Below the pieces are notes generated by a model that was not told where the DNA came from, made no database searches, and saw only the letters and a program-made list of their open reading frames with translations. From NCBI GenBank assembly GCA_012813795.1, contig GCA_012813795.1_4087.1: a stretch of 64,000 nt of DNA; one strand, 5' to 3'. The stretch's first letter is position 1. Each line of letters starts with the position of its first letter. The stretch comes from a phage. This document shows positions 1 through 16,881 of this stretch, in pieces. The position numbers and the translations under genes are program-made.

Positions 1-906
<906 letters not shown>

Positions 907-954
907 GTAATAAAAGCTCCAAATAGTTTGTAATAGGTGTTGGTTACAGTAAAG

Positions 955-983
955 ATTGTATAACAATAATTGATTTCTGTCAA
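955..983 (-). promoter_or_regulatory. sigma70-like promoter (TTGACA-N17-TACAAT) upstream of the IF-3 gene
   Basis: Minus strand reads cTTGACAgaaatcaattattgttaTACAATc about 45 nt upstream of the IF-3 start. Confidence 0.45.
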
Positions 984-1174
984 GCTCCATTATTGTATTT
1001 TTTCAATGCATCACAAATAGCTTGTACTTGAATAAGATAAGTTTTTGCAAACTCAGCTTGTGTACGAACACGTGGGTTTGGTGCATTTTTAATCATAATG
1101 TCAAGGTCATATACAACTTTGTCGAATACACCTTTGTCATCAATGATACGATCATAGAATGATTTGTCTTCCAT
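980..1174 (-). CDS. hypothetical protein (64 aa)
   Basis: ORF with GGAG RBS upstream of the ATG at 1174; no recognisable motif. Confidence 0.55.
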   Translation of the reverse strand: MEDKSFYDRIIDDKGVFDKVVYDLDIMIKNAPNPRVRTQAEFAKTYLIQVQAICDALKKYNNGA

Positions 1175-1198
1175 GTCAAGAACTCCATGTAATAAAAA

Positions 1199-1765
1199 TT
1201 ATAGTTTAACGTATGTTACTTCGGTTGCATCAGCCAAAGATGGCACATCAACGTAAATGTTTTCATATTCCACAAAATCAATGGTGGTTTTTACGAAAGC
1301 ATTATCAATACGTTGGATAGTTTTTTGAACTGAAATTTGTTCTTGTTCTAATGCATTAGTGCCGTTACCAGTTAATGCTGCATTTAGCATATCCTGAATA
1401 ACTTTTGCAGCGGCAGCAGTTTTTTGATCTTCAGTTTTGAGTTCTTTTTGTTCTTCAGCACTCAATGTGCTCAGGAACGGCTCATAACTAATATACCCAA
1501 CATGAATAGATGCATCAGAAGGGATAGTTTTTGCTGTACCTTCAGTGTTAAATTCTACTGTGTAATAGGTAGGGACTGAATGTTCAGATAGTAGGCGTGT
1601 TACATATTGCATACGCAAATAGGCAATACTTTTCGCTTTTGTTTCTGCATCAGATGGGGCCAGGGTTGCATCTGATGAATCATAATCATCATATTGATTA
1701 TACATTTTGTTATCTAGATTTGTACCAGACACACTGATTTTAAATACTTTTAATAAATTGTTCAC
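1199..1765 (-). CDS. hypothetical protein (188 aa)
   Basis: ORF packed tightly between neighbours; no recognisable motif. Confidence 0.6.
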   Translation of the reverse strand: MNNLLKVFKISVSGTNLDNKMYNQYDDYDSSDATLAPSDAETKAKSIAYLRMQYVTRLLSEHSVPTYYTVEFNTEGTAKTIPSDASIHVGYISYEPFLSTLSAEEQKELKTEDQKTAAAAKVIQDMLNAALTGNGTNALEQEQISVQKTIQRIDNAFVKTTIDFVEYENIYVDVPSLADATEVTYVKL

Positions 1766-1809
1766 TGTATATTTTCTCCATTATACAAAGCACTTTTGAT
1801 TATTTATTG

Positions 1810-7392
<5,583 letters not shown>

Positions 7393-7417
7393 TCACCATA
7401 AAACACACAGTACCAGA

Positions 7418-7591
7418 TTATTCTTCAATTTTAGGTGTAAACATTATCACATGTGCTTGCACGAGATGTGTACCATCATTTAAGATCATACCATTATCAC
7501 GTACTGCAATCACAGAACCAGTAATTTTGTATCCACCTACAACAACAAACTCATAGACGATACCAGGCTCAATTGAAAAAATATCATTCAT
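7418..7591 (-). CDS. small hypothetical protein (57 aa)
   Basis: Short ORF (MNDIFSIEPGIVYEFVVVGGYKITG...) directly after the nrdB terminator; no clear SD, and below the 60-aa cut-off of the track. Confidence 0.3.
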   Translation of the reverse strand: MNDIFSIEPGIVYEFVVVGGYKITGSVIAVRDNGMILNDGTHLVQAHVIMFTPKIEE

Positions 7592-7610
7592 AAAATATAC
7601 CCATGTAAAA

Positions 7611-7636
7611 GGGGATTCAGTTGAATCCCCTAGGTT
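7611..7636 (-). terminator. rho-independent terminator downstream of nrdB
   Basis: Minus strand: GGGGATTCA-act-GAATCCCC followed by TTTT. Confidence 0.55.
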
Positions 7637-7642
7637 AGATTA

Positions 7643-8767
7643 TTATAGTTTGAATGGACTAAAAGTATCTTCATTCACATCGTTCACAATACCACCAATG
7701 ATATATGAACTGATTTCAGTTTCTTGTGGTGCGACTTGAACATCTGCACTTGTAATCCAGTGTTCAGTCCAAGGTAGTGGATTGTTCTTTGATACACTGT
7801 ACGGACATTTAACACCAACACCGGACATACGTTTAGAACCAATCCAACGAACATATTGTTTTAGGATTTCTGCATTCAAACCAATGATAGAACCATCTTT
7901 GAATAGATAGTCTGCCCACTTTTCTTCTTGTACAATGGCATCAATGAACATTGCTTGTACTGTATCATAGCACTCTTCTGCAATTTTTGCAAAGTCTGGA
8001 TCTTCTTTCTTAAGAAGACGTAGAATCATTTGGGTTGCGGCAAGATGTAGGTTTTCATCACGACAGATTAGACGGATAATCTTTGCGTTACCTTCCATCA
8101 ATTTATTTTCAGCAAAAGCCCAGGAACAAGCAAAAGAAGCGTAAAAACGAACGCCTTCAAGAATGTTGATACTATTCAAGCACAGCCACATTTTCTTTTT
8201 AAGTTCGTACATATCAACGACAATAGTTTTACCATTGACATTATGTGTTCCTTCACCCAGTACTTTGTACCATGTACCTAGCTCATCCAGTTCATCATAG
8301 TACTTAGACACATCTGCCGCACAATCGGTGATTTCTGGAATATCAAGCATAGTATTAAAAATTTCTGATGGATTTGCATAGATATTACGAATGATGTGCG
8401 TATATGACTTACTGTGGATTGCACCTTCGAAAAATGCCCAAGTTTCAATGAAGTTTTCTAATTCTGGTAATGATGCATAGGGGAGAAGCATCAAGTTTGG
8501 ACCACGACCCTGAACCGAATCAAGTAAGATTTGACGCTTTAGATTCGAATCAAAGATATGCTTTTCAGATGTTGATAAACCTGCAAAATCAATCTTATCT
8601 TTGGTTACATCAACTTCACCTGGTGTCCAGAAGAAACTTTTTTGTTGCTCAGTTAGTTTCTCTAGTGCTGAATATTTTACACTTTCAAATCGTTGAATGT
8701 CAACACTTTCATCAAAAAACATATTTTTTTCTAAGTGTGATTTTTTGTTAATTTTAAAGACTGACAT
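7643..8767 (-). CDS. nrdB: ribonucleotide reductase small subunit
   Basis: Class Ia R2 pattern (FFW.P.EVD...D......E......EG..F.SFA, diiron and tyrosyl-radical region). Confidence 0.9.
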   Translation of the reverse strand: MSVFKINKKSHLEKNMFFDESVDIQRFESVKYSALEKLTEQQKSFFWTPGEVDVTKDKIDFAGLSTSEKHIFDSNLKRQILLDSVQGRGPNLMLLPYASLPELENFIETWAFFEGAIHSKSYTHIIRNIYANPSEIFNTMLDIPEITDCAADVSKYYDELDELGTWYKVLGEGTHNVNGKTIVVDMYELKKKMWLCLNSINILEGVRFYASFACSWAFAENKLMEGNAKIIRLICRDENLHLAATQMILRLLKKEDPDFAKIAEECYDTVQAMFIDAIVQEEKWADYLFKDGSIIGLNAEILKQYVRWIGSKRMSGVGVKCPYSVSKNNPLPWTEHWITSADVQVAPQETEISSYIIGGIVNDVNEDTFSPFKL

Positions 8768-8813
8768 TTATATTCCTTTTTTGTAGAAAATCCCACCGAA
8801 GTGGGATTAATTA

Positions 8814-11132
8814 TTAGATTTTGCAACTGTCGCAGTCATCAGCATCCATTCCGGTGAGGTCAGGTAATACAAAACCACCTTTCTCTTTTGGTGCTGATTC
8901 ATTTAGTAGTTTCTCAACGTCGATTTCATCTGAACCATCATTGGTGTTATGATAGTAAAGGTTCTTAAGACCTACTTTGTACGCATACATCAATTCAGTC
9001 AAAAGTGTAGACATTGGTAATTTCCCTTCTGGGAAATGCTCAGGATTGTAACTAGTGTTGACACTAATACTTTGGTCAATATACTTCTGAAGAATACCAC
9101 AGATTTGTAGATAACCAATATTATCTTTTTGATCCCATAGTAGATCGTACTTATTCTTCAACTTACCAATCTCAGGAACTACTTGTTTCAAAATACCATC
9201 TTTGGATATTTTACGTGATACTAGCGAACGCGGTTTTTCGATACCATTAGTACTATTACTAATTTGTGCACTAGTTTCTGCTGGCATTAATGCCATAGTT
9301 GTTGCGTTACGAATACCATATTGTTTGATATCAGCACGTAATGATTCCCAGTCTTGTTTCAACTCAGAAGAAACTAATTCATCAATATCCGATTTATAGG
9401 TATCGATAGGCAAAATACCTTTTGCATATTTCAGATTTTCAAAACCTTCACAGCGGCCTTTTTCTTTTGCCAGTTGGACGGATGCCTTAAGCAAATAATA
9501 TGACCATGCTTCAGTCCATGTGTTTACGGTATCCAATGCTTTAGAATCGTAACGTAAGCCACGCTTAGCTAAGAAGTAAGCGAAGTTAATGATACCAACA
9601 CCCAATGGACGATATAGGTTTGTAGCTCGTTCTGCGTGCAATACGGGGTAGTCCTGATAGTCTAATAGAGAGTCTAATGCACGAACTGACAACTCACACA
9701 CCAACTCCATATCTTCTGGATTTTCAAAATTACCCCAGTTAATTGCACTTAGAGTACATAGGCTAATTAGACCATCACCATTATTAATATCATCAAATGG
9801 CACTGACGGTAGTGCGATTTCTTGACATAAGTTGGATTGCTCAACAGGTGCAACAACTTCATCAAATGGTGAATGCGTATTTGCATGGTCAATATTTTGA
9901 ATATAGATACGACCAGTTTCTGCACGCTCTTGCATTAAAGTACTGAATACTTCCAATGCTGGAACCACTTTCTTACGAATACTTGGGTCTGCTTCATATT
10001 TCTTGTATAGACGCTCGAATTCTTTTTGGTTAGAGCAGAATGCTTCATATAACCCAGGAACATCACCAGGACTAAAGAAACTAATATTTTTATTATCAAC
10101 CAAACGTTGATATAAAGTTTTATTAATCTGGAAACAATAATCTAGTTGACGTACTCGGTTAAATTCTGTACCTTTGTTATTCTTTAATACAACTAAACTT
10201 TCAAATTCTAAATGCCACAATGGGAAATGCACAGTTGCTGCACCACCACGCACACCACCTTGGGAACAGCTTTTAACGGTTTTTGCAGTACTTGCGATAA
10301 ATGGAATCAAACCAGTATGTACTGCATCACCACCACGGATTTCAGAATCAAGTGCACGAATACGTCCCATGTTGATACCAAGTCCGGCTTTGCGGGAGAT
10401 ATAACGCAAAATAGCATGGTTTGATGAGCCAATACTATCTAGACTATCACCAACGTTTAGTACTACACATGAGCTAAACTGACGTGTATTAGTACGTAAG
10501 CCAGCCATGATTGGTGTAGGTAGACTAATGTCGAAGTTACTGATTGCATCATAAAACTTCTTAACATATGACATACGAACGTCTTTATCATAACCCATAA
10601 AGATAATTGCTGCAATGGTCATGTATGCCATTTGCGGGGATTCATAAATCTTTTTGGTTACACGGTTCTTACACAAATACTTCCCTTCCCATTGACGCAT
10701 TGCGACATAGGTGAAACGGTCATCACGCTTATGCTTGATATACTTACCAAGTTCTTCGATTTCTTGAAGGGTGTATTTTTCTAGGATTTCAGGATCATAA
10801 ATCTTAGTGTCTACCATCTCCTGTAGATGAGCAGAATATTTAATTGGCTCATATTGTCCATATACTTGCTTACGAATACTATAGTTTAGTAGGCGACCAG
10901 CAACGTATTGATAATTCGGGGTATCCTCTGTGATTAGTTCAGCAGCGGATTTAATAAGAATATCATGAATAGTACTACTTTCGATACCTTCATAAAATTG
11001 TAGTTGTGCTTTAATCTCGATTTCAGATACAGACACACCACTTAGACCTTCACACGAAAAGAATAAAATTTGGTGAATTTTGTCCAGATTCAACGGTTCC
11101 TTTGAACCATCACGTTTGGTTACGTTAATCAT
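8814..11132 (-). CDS. nrdA: ribonucleotide reductase large subunit
   Basis: 772-aa protein starting MINVTKRDGSKEPLNLDKIH (ATP-cone) with class Ia R1 catalytic regions and a C-terminal Cys pair. Confidence 0.9.
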   Translation of the reverse strand: MINVTKRDGSKEPLNLDKIHQILFFSCEGLSGVSVSEIEIKAQLQFYEGIESSTIHDILIKSAAELITEDTPNYQYVAGRLLNYSIRKQVYGQYEPIKYSAHLQEMVDTKIYDPEILEKYTLQEIEELGKYIKHKRDDRFTYVAMRQWEGKYLCKNRVTKKIYESPQMAYMTIAAIIFMGYDKDVRMSYVKKFYDAISNFDISLPTPIMAGLRTNTRQFSSCVVLNVGDSLDSIGSSNHAILRYISRKAGLGINMGRIRALDSEIRGGDAVHTGLIPFIASTAKTVKSCSQGGVRGGAATVHFPLWHLEFESLVVLKNNKGTEFNRVRQLDYCFQINKTLYQRLVDNKNISFFSPGDVPGLYEAFCSNQKEFERLYKKYEADPSIRKKVVPALEVFSTLMQERAETGRIYIQNIDHANTHSPFDEVVAPVEQSNLCQEIALPSVPFDDINNGDGLISLCTLSAINWGNFENPEDMELVCELSVRALDSLLDYQDYPVLHAERATNLYRPLGVGIINFAYFLAKRGLRYDSKALDTVNTWTEAWSYYLLKASVQLAKEKGRCEGFENLKYAKGILPIDTYKSDIDELVSSELKQDWESLRADIKQYGIRNATTMALMPAETSAQISNSTNGIEKPRSLVSRKISKDGILKQVVPEIGKLKNKYDLLWDQKDNIGYLQICGILQKYIDQSISVNTSYNPEHFPEGKLPMSTLLTELMYAYKVGLKNLYYHNTNDGSDEIDVEKLLNESAPKEKGGFVLPDLTGMDADDCDSCKI

Positions 11133-11187
11133 TTATCATCCTTGTTACTCATTATTTCAGTTCAATATTTAGTACTGCAAAATTATG

Positions 11188-11211
11188 GGGAAGAAAAAGG
11201 CGGGACGCCTT
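11188..11211 (-). terminator. rho-independent terminator
   Basis: Minus strand: AAAGGCG-tcc-CGCCTTT followed by a T-run, immediately 3' of the 11212-11793 gene. Confidence 0.5.
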
Positions 11212-11793
11212 TTAAGGTTTGTCCCACCCACGGTATACAAATTCTAAAGTATATCCTGATTCTGCAAAATCATTATTACGAACTGTGAAACTCATATTTT
11301 TAGTTTGTTCATCGTAACTTGGATTTTCGAATGTAATCGATATAATAGCATCTGGTCTGTTGGTATTGTTAAATTGGGTTAGTAGAGTGTTTCCACCAAT
11401 CGTTACAATTTGAATAGTTCCTGATTCAAGAATTGTATTACTGGTGTTGTAAGCAATGTAATCAACGAATACACGACTTTGACTTTGAATATAAATGTCA
11501 TACATCTCTACATCTTTAAGTAAATCATAAACGAATGGTCGATTTATAATTTTAGAAACAGTTTGCCACGGGGTAAATTCTGTGATGATTTCCACGTTTT
11601 CTTTACCAGAATTAGGGTCAGTTTCCCATGTTCTACCCGCTACAATACTAGCTGGGTCAGATGAAGAAGGTAAACCAACAAACATACGACCTACATCAGT
11701 ACTGAATGCTAATTGACCCTTTTCTAATGCATCTGGTAAATCACGCTGTTTGCCAGTTCTAATTTGCTGCAACGCAATCTGTTGTTGTGCCAT
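11212..11793 (-). CDS. hypothetical protein (193 aa)
   Basis: ORF followed by a terminator. Confidence 0.6.
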   Translation of the reverse strand: MAQQQIALQQIRTGKQRDLPDALEKGQLAFSTDVGRMFVGLPSSSDPASIVAGRTWETDPNSGKENVEIITEFTPWQTVSKIINRPFVYDLLKDVEMYDIYIQSQSRVFVDYIAYNTSNTILESGTIQIVTIGGNTLLTQFNNTNRPDAIISITFENPSYDEQTKNMSFTVRNNDFAESGYTLEFVYRGWDKP

Positions 11794-11821
11794 ACTAATG
11801 TTCTCCTATAGTATTATAGGA

Positions 11822-12364
11822 TTATTTAGCATTTTCTTTTACTTCAGCAATACGCTCGTTAACTAAGCGAGATACAACTGAACTATCAACCGCTGCAAGA
11901 ATTGCTTCTGGAACTTCAGCTTTTAGGTGTTTGATATATGCTGCTACAGTTTTTAGTTCTTTTGATTGTAGAGAAGTTTTGATGATATCTAGATCTTCTT
12001 TGGAAGCTTCGATACGCTCAATAACAACAACATCTTCTTCGGATTCAACAGATTCTTGTTGTTCTTCTACAATTTGTTTTACTTCTTCTAGTGCTTTTTC
12101 TTGATCTTCTGAATTTTCTACGTATTCTTCGATAACTTCAGGTTTAACATTACGAGATGCTTCATCTACACTAATATCTTCAAAAATCTTTTCTTTGATT
12201 ACTTCTACTGGCTTAGCACCACGAGCTTTGTAATCCTTTGCGTTTTCAATGATACGCTGTGGTAATGGTAATGCTTCGATTTCCTCAATGCTCATTGCCA
12301 TAACTTCATCGATTTCATAACCTTTACTACGTAGTGCTTTGATAATATATAAGTCTTGTTTCAT
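11822..12364 (-). CDS. acidic hypothetical protein
   Basis: Start set to the ATG at 12364 (MKQDLYII) with GGAG RBS, avoiding a long overlap with the upstream gene; glutamate-rich. Confidence 0.5.
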   Translation of the reverse strand: MKQDLYIIKALRSKGYEIDEVMAMSIEEIEALPLPQRIIENAKDYKARGAKPVEVIKEKIFEDISVDEASRNVKPEVIEEYVENSEDQEKALEEVKQIVEEQQESVESEEDVVVIERIEASKEDLDIIKTSLQSKELKTVAAYIKHLKAEVPEAILAAVDSSVVSRLVNERIAEVKENAK

Positions 12365-12368
12365 TTGT

Positions 12369-13088
12369 TTATGCTGCTCCATTGGCTTCAATTTCTCCAC
12401 GTAAAATATAATATTGTTCCACACGACCAATCCACATATCAACTGCATCTTTAAAGTCTTGTCCTTCAATAACAAATTCTTGATATTGTAAATTTTGTGG
12501 ATCTTTTCTTACACAAATAAAAATCACACCACGCTCAATGTTAGTACCATGCATTTGATTATGTGCTAATGCATACGCGGCGATTTGCATACGATAATTT
12601 TCAATATGTTCCCATGTTTTGAGTTTTCGGGAGTTTTTATAATCCATTATCGTAGGTATACCATCATGAACACCAACTAAATCTGTTGTTCCTGCCCACA
12701 AACCTTCATAGAATAAAGGAACTTCTTGACCCCATACCTCGTTGATTCGAGGCCATGCTTCTGACTGGATTTTATCAGCCATTTTTCGTGCAAGAACTCG
12801 TATTGGCATTCCACCTTCATGGTCCGGTTTACCTTCCAAACGGAATTCTAAATTTTCATGCATGAAAGTACCAACAGTACAGGCTTCCAACGTTATCTCA
12901 TTTGCTTTTTCTTCTCCAACAAACTCACGCCATTTCTTCAAACCTTCATTATCTGAAGTGGCACTAAGTATTGTTGTTACTGACGGCAGATTACCCGTTG
13001 GAGTAGAATAAAGGCGACCTTCAGAGCCGCCTTCAATTCTTTTATAATCAACATAAGTATATCTGCTAACAATCGGTGGTGTGTACAT
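12369..13088 (-). CDS. PD-(D/E)xK-type nuclease (RecB/YqaJ-like)
   Basis: GTTDLVGVHDG.PTIMDYKNSRK resembles the D...(D/E)xK nuclease core. Confidence 0.45.
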   Translation of the reverse strand: MYTPPIVSRYTYVDYKRIEGGSEGRLYSTPTGNLPSVTTILSATSDNEGLKKWREFVGEEKANEITLEACTVGTFMHENLEFRLEGKPDHEGGMPIRVLARKMADKIQSEAWPRINEVWGQEVPLFYEGLWAGTTDLVGVHDGIPTIMDYKNSRKLKTWEHIENYRMQIAAYALAHNQMHGTNIERGVIFICVRKDPQNLQYQEFVIEGQDFKDAVDMWIGRVEQYYILRGEIEANGAA

Positions 13089-13101
13089 CCGTGTACTCCT
13101 A

Positions 13102-13130
13102 ATTATAGCACTATATTTTTGTTTGTCTCA
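13102..13130 (-). promoter_or_regulatory. promoter, family TGRGAC-N13-GTGC-TATAAT
   Basis: Minus strand: TGAGAC caaacaaaaatata GTGC TATAAT, directly upstream of the nuclease gene. Confidence 0.5.
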
Positions 13131-13136
13131 ATTTTT

Positions 13137-13469
13137 TTAATCTTTAGTCACAGATGCAGCTTTAGTAGCCCAATCGGTGACCTGTTCTTCTGAATTTTCT
13201 TGTCCATCAGGTGATGGATTTGTGTCCCCATCAGCACCTGCAAATTTCACTATATCAGAATTAACATCTTGTACAAATGGCAATGTGTTAAGAATATCCA
13301 TCATCACATTGTAAGGTACGTCGATGTTAGTTCTTTTTTTAATTTCGGAAATTAAGGATTGCAAATTCACTTCTTCACGACCAGAAGATACCAGAGACAA
13401 TGCAATAGATGTGATCATGTTGCGAATATCTTTTGGTGGTGCATCTTCAGTTAGATCACTGAATTTCAT
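13137..13469 (-). CDS. hypothetical protein (110 aa)
   Basis: ORF in the minus-strand gene array. Confidence 0.5.
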   Translation of the reverse strand: MKFSDLTEDAPPKDIRNMITSIALSLVSSGREEVNLQSLISEIKKRTNIDVPYNVMMDILNTLPFVQDVNSDIVKFAGADGDTNPSPDGQENSEEQVTDWATKAASVTKD

Positions 13470-13479
13470 AATTATATCC

Positions 13480-14109
13480 TTATTTCTTCACAACGCCCAA
13501 AACTTTTTTGATTTTGTGTTGGTTTTCAGTTAGCCAAGAATTCATTTCTGCTTTATTTGAGAAGTACTTAGTACCAATAGTACCGCGAATACTTTCCATC
13601 TCAACACCAATTTTTGTGAATTGTACAGATTCTTTCATTTCACGTTCGGTCGGGATTGGTTCTGAAATTAGGTCTTCTTCGAAATCTGCATCTGCACCCA
13701 TATCAAAAGATGGTTCAGAAGTTACATCAACATCAAACTCATCAGCACCCAAATCGGATACGTCTGGTGCATCAGTGATATCACCAGTTAGCTTTAGAGT
13801 TTCAGTACTGATCTTGTCCTTAACATCCATTAGTGTTGTTACTGCTTGTTGTAGTAAACCACTAACGCTGTTTTTAAAGTTTTCTGCTGCATCTAGACCT
13901 TGCTCAGCTTTGATACGGTCAAGTAGTGGGCCTAGTACGTCAACGCCCATGTTGTTGATAACTTCAGATTGACGTTGTAGCTTATCAACGATTTCACCTT
14001 TAACTGCCAAAACAATTTCTGCTTTTTCGATATTGGATTCGTTGAGTTTAATAAAAGTCATTGCTTCAGCCTTAGAAGAAGACTCCATTAGTTTTTTGTA
14101 ATTTGACAT
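13480..14109 (-). CDS. hypothetical protein (209 aa)
   Basis: ORF; acidic C-terminal half. Confidence 0.55.
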   Translation of the reverse strand: MSNYKKLMESSSKAEAMTFIKLNESNIEKAEIVLAVKGEIVDKLQRQSEVINNMGVDVLGPLLDRIKAEQGLDAAENFKNSVSGLLQQAVTTLMDVKDKISTETLKLTGDITDAPDVSDLGADEFDVDVTSEPSFDMGADADFEEDLISEPIPTEREMKESVQFTKIGVEMESIRGTIGTKYFSNKAEMNSWLTENQHKIKKVLGVVKK

Positions 14110-14142
14110 TTGTATTTCCTTATAAAAATATCCTAAATTTAT

Positions 14143-14832
14143 TTACTTGATATAACCTTCACTCTTGAGGAAGTTCATAACACGTTCTTTGAGTTTTAAT
14201 GCTTCTGCTTTCTTTTCAGCAATTAGTACGTCTAGATCTTTAGCTTCATCGTACTTAGACTCATTCAATACTTGTTGTCTCTTCTTTGCAGCATTAAGTG
14301 CTTCGTTCATCACATGAGTGAATTGCATCCCAGAGCTAATGATACCTAAAATTTTAGCATCAGTCAATACTCGACCTTCATTTAATAAGTTAACTAAAGT
14401 AAGTGCAGCTTCGTACATCATGATATTATTCATTAGTATTTGTGAGCTATGATTACTTTTGATACTATAGGTTTTTGTATTTTTAGTTCCTGGAACTTTC
14501 TCTTCTACTAAACACCAGTTGGTTTTTGGTTTAGTACTGGCACTCGGTGCGTATTGTGGTGTGGACGCTGGATGCCCCATAATGTGTTCATTGTAAGGGC
14601 TATTATATGTTGTTACATGAGGATGTTCTTGGTGTACCTGTTGTACTGGTTCACCGTAATTCATACCAGCCTCATTTAATGAGGTCAAAATATCAGTCAT
14701 TGCCCCAATATCACCACCAGTATTATAATGTGCACCAGATGATGCAGACACATTACCAGACTCGATATCATTCAAACCACTTAGTAAGTTAGTCATCATG
14801 TCAACCGATTTTTGGTCATATTCGTAATTCAT
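14143..14832 (-). CDS. hypothetical protein (229 aa)
   Basis: ORF; Q/H-rich N-terminus, predicted coiled-coil C-terminus. Confidence 0.55.
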   Translation of the reverse strand: MNYEYDQKSVDMMTNLLSGLNDIESGNVSASSGAHYNTGGDIGAMTDILTSLNEAGMNYGEPVQQVHQEHPHVTTYNSPYNEHIMGHPASTPQYAPSASTKPKTNWCLVEEKVPGTKNTKTYSIKSNHSSQILMNNIMMYEAALTLVNLLNEGRVLTDAKILGIISSGMQFTHVMNEALNAAKKRQQVLNESKYDEAKDLDVLIAEKKAEALKLKERVMNFLKSEGYIK

Positions 14833-15071
14833 TTCTTACTCCTTATTGACACATATACTTCATCACCATCATCGTTCTGTTCCTTATTTAGAACACCACG
14901 AGATACAAGTTTTTCAGCCAATTCTTCATAGTATTCATTGACATTTTTAACAGGCACAGTACCGCGTGCCTTTATTTTTTGTAATAACTTATATTCTTCG
15001 TTGGAAACCATAGTATTGTGTCCGTGTAAATTCGGAACAGTACGCATTATAGTCCTCTCATTCTCGAACAA
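14829..15071 (-). CDS. hypothetical protein (80 aa)
   Basis: ORF with a 4-nt overlap on the downstream gene. Confidence 0.45.
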   Translation of the reverse strand: MFENERTIMRTVPNLHGHNTMVSNEEYKLLQKIKARGTVPVKNVNEYYEELAEKLVSRGVLNKEQNDDGDEVYVSIRSKK

Positions 15072-16003
15072 GCATCAATAATTTGGTTAATAATATCATC
15101 ATTATCCGATTGAGCACTATTACCCATTTGACTTTCTTCACCAGAAAGGTCTTCTTCTTTCTCAATATCATTGATTGCATGAATCATCTCACCCATACCA
15201 GGCTGATGATTGGTCAATGGTGATTCACTTGGTTCATCGGTTGAAAGACCTGCATTATCAGGGGGAGCCATCAATTCATCATTGATTTCATTGGGGTCTT
15301 TTTCATCAGAAACACGGGTTTCTTGATCTTCAGTAACTTTTTGATTTTGCATATCAACCGGAGTTACATCATCAAGTGAAAATACATTTAATTCATTTGG
15401 TTTATTACCATTTTTTGTAATAACCAAAGATTGGTCTGGGGTTGCACCAATATCAACACCAATGACTGGCTCAACAGCATCAGTTCCAGATTGTGACCCA
15501 GGAACAGTAACTTGCATATTATTAGCGTTCTTTTGTAATTCCGCTTGTTTAAGTTTTGCTTGTGTTTGTGGATTCATTTGTTGTGTATTATTGTTCATAT
15601 TCACGGCTTGATTTGATTTTAGCTGTGAAGTGATATCTTCAAAAACCAAAGCTTTAAGTTCTTGAATACTAAGACTGGATACATCACAGTAGGTGTTCAT
15701 TGAACGATAATGTTCGGTTAATTCTTTCGCACTCATTGAGTCAACTTTAGAACACAATTCAGATGATTCATTGATGTGTTTCATAAAATTGGTTGGGCTA
15801 AAATAATTATAACTCTCACTCATATGTGCTTTATATTTTTGTAGCAATTGCATAATTGTACGGTTGTCTGAATTATCCATTGCACCATTAAGAGCAACGA
15901 AATCACCTGCATCCATATTATCAATAATAATTGCCACATCGATGTTCATTCCATGAGCATCAGCAAACTTCTGTAGTTCGCTTGCGGTTTGTTGCATGTC
16001 CAT
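15047..16003 (-). CDS. hypothetical protein (318 aa), Q/N-rich
   Basis: ORF. Confidence 0.55.
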   Translation of the reverse strand: MDMQQTASELQKFADAHGMNIDVAIIIDNMDAGDFVALNGAMDNSDNRTIMQLLQKYKAHMSESYNYFSPTNFMKHINESSELCSKVDSMSAKELTEHYRSMNTYCDVSSLSIQELKALVFEDITSQLKSNQAVNMNNNTQQMNPQTQAKLKQAELQKNANNMQVTVPGSQSGTDAVEPVIGVDIGATPDQSLVITKNGNKPNELNVFSLDDVTPVDMQNQKVTEDQETRVSDEKDPNEINDELMAPPDNAGLSTDEPSESPLTNHQPGMGEMIHAINDIEKEEDLSGEESQMGNSAQSDNDDIINQIIDACSRMRGL

Positions 16004-16056
16004 ATATTCTCCAAAATAAAAAAGACCTTAGTCTTGCTTTATGATATTTATCACAA

Positions 16057-16449
16057 TTAAGAAAAGGTCTGTTTACTGATGCTAATATTACGAGTACAAT
16101 TCGTTGTGATAAATTTTGTAATGCGGTTATTATTAACCACTGTAGGTAGTACTAATGGTATTCCATTTAATCTCAAATTCACATCAACTGGTAATGCAAA
16201 TTTGAAAGTACTAACAATACATTTTCCCCATGACGATGGTAAGCTGTAAAATTCAGAATTGTTTCCTTTGGTCAAATCAACTTCATCTCTAACAACACTT
16301 ACCATCATTGGATAATCATGCACCATAATTGCTTCAAGTAATCGTGACAAATTCATAGCACCTGTGAATTTAGAATCGATTATTGTTGGAGTACTACCAT
16401 CACCAATATCTACAACGGTATTAATAGTGTAGAATGTATATGGTTTCAT
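16057..16449 (-). CDS. hypothetical protein (130 aa)
   Basis: ORF. Confidence 0.5.
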   Translation of the reverse strand: MKPYTFYTINTVVDIGDGSTPTIIDSKFTGAMNLSRLLEAIMVHDYPMMVSVVRDEVDLTKGNNSEFYSLPSSWGKCIVSTFKFALPVDVNLRLNGIPLVLPTVVNNNRITKFITTNCTRNISISKQTFS

Positions 16450-16631
16450 TCCTTATCCTTTTTAATTTTATATTCTTTATACCCAAAGAAATTGGTTGGA
16501 GGAATACGTTTGAGTAATGGATAATTTAATCCAGTACTGATTGATGCAACTGCCCCTGCCGAGGTAGCACCTGCTGAAGCATTTTCTTTTAATTTCTTTT
16601 TCATATCAATTACCTTTATTACGTTTTTCAT
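16446..16631 (-). CDS. small hypothetical protein
   Basis: ORF with a 4-nt overlap on 16057-16449; start uncertain. Confidence 0.4.
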   Translation of the reverse strand: MKNVIKVIDMKKKLKENASAGATSAGAVASISTGLNYPLLKRIPPTNFFGYKEYKIKKDKE

Positions 16632-16878
16632 CCAGTGCTATATTTTCCAACCCCTTCTGAAACTTTTTGTAATCTCGGTTCTTGATACTCAAAAATAATC
16701 GTTTCTTTAAATCTTCAGCATCAATACTATTAAACTCATTATCTATACTCTCCAATAAATGAATTACAGAATTTATGGCATGGTCGGCCCTATTACCAAA
16801 ACTCTGCAATGTATCCTTCTCTGGAGTATAATTTACTATACTATCAAGTAGATTCTTTTTACTGGATTCATTAGCCAT
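16606..16878 (-). CDS. hypothetical protein (90 aa)
   Basis: ORF. Confidence 0.45.
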   Translation of the reverse strand: MANESSKKNLLDSIVNYTPEKDTLQSFGNRADHAINSVIHLLESIDNEFNSIDAEDLKKRLFLSIKNRDYKKFQKGLENIALDEKRNKGN

Positions 16879-16881
16879 TCG

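Noticed and set aside
8470-8751. Plus-strand ORF inside nrdB, and similar antisense ORFs (for example 13508-13972, 24547-25128, 43121-43570, 53661-54032, 55235-55642)
   Set aside because: All overlap confidently assigned genes on the opposite strand and lack start signals; treated as spurious.
9355-9425. Apparent compensating frame shifts inside nrdA when reading the printed sequence by eye
   Set aside because: The ORF track gives a continuous 772-aa NrdA and the coordinates at both ends are consistent, so this is most likely my own transcription slip at a line boundary, not a real feature. It is also the reason the recoding claims above rest on sites where the ORF track itself shows separate ORFs.
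16446-16878. Possible fourth +1 recoding site joining ORFs 16606-16878 and 16446-16631
   Set aside because: The frame relationship is +1, but the overlap contains no CGG and the downstream ORF has its own ATG immediately after the upstream stop; an ordinary overlapping gene pair.
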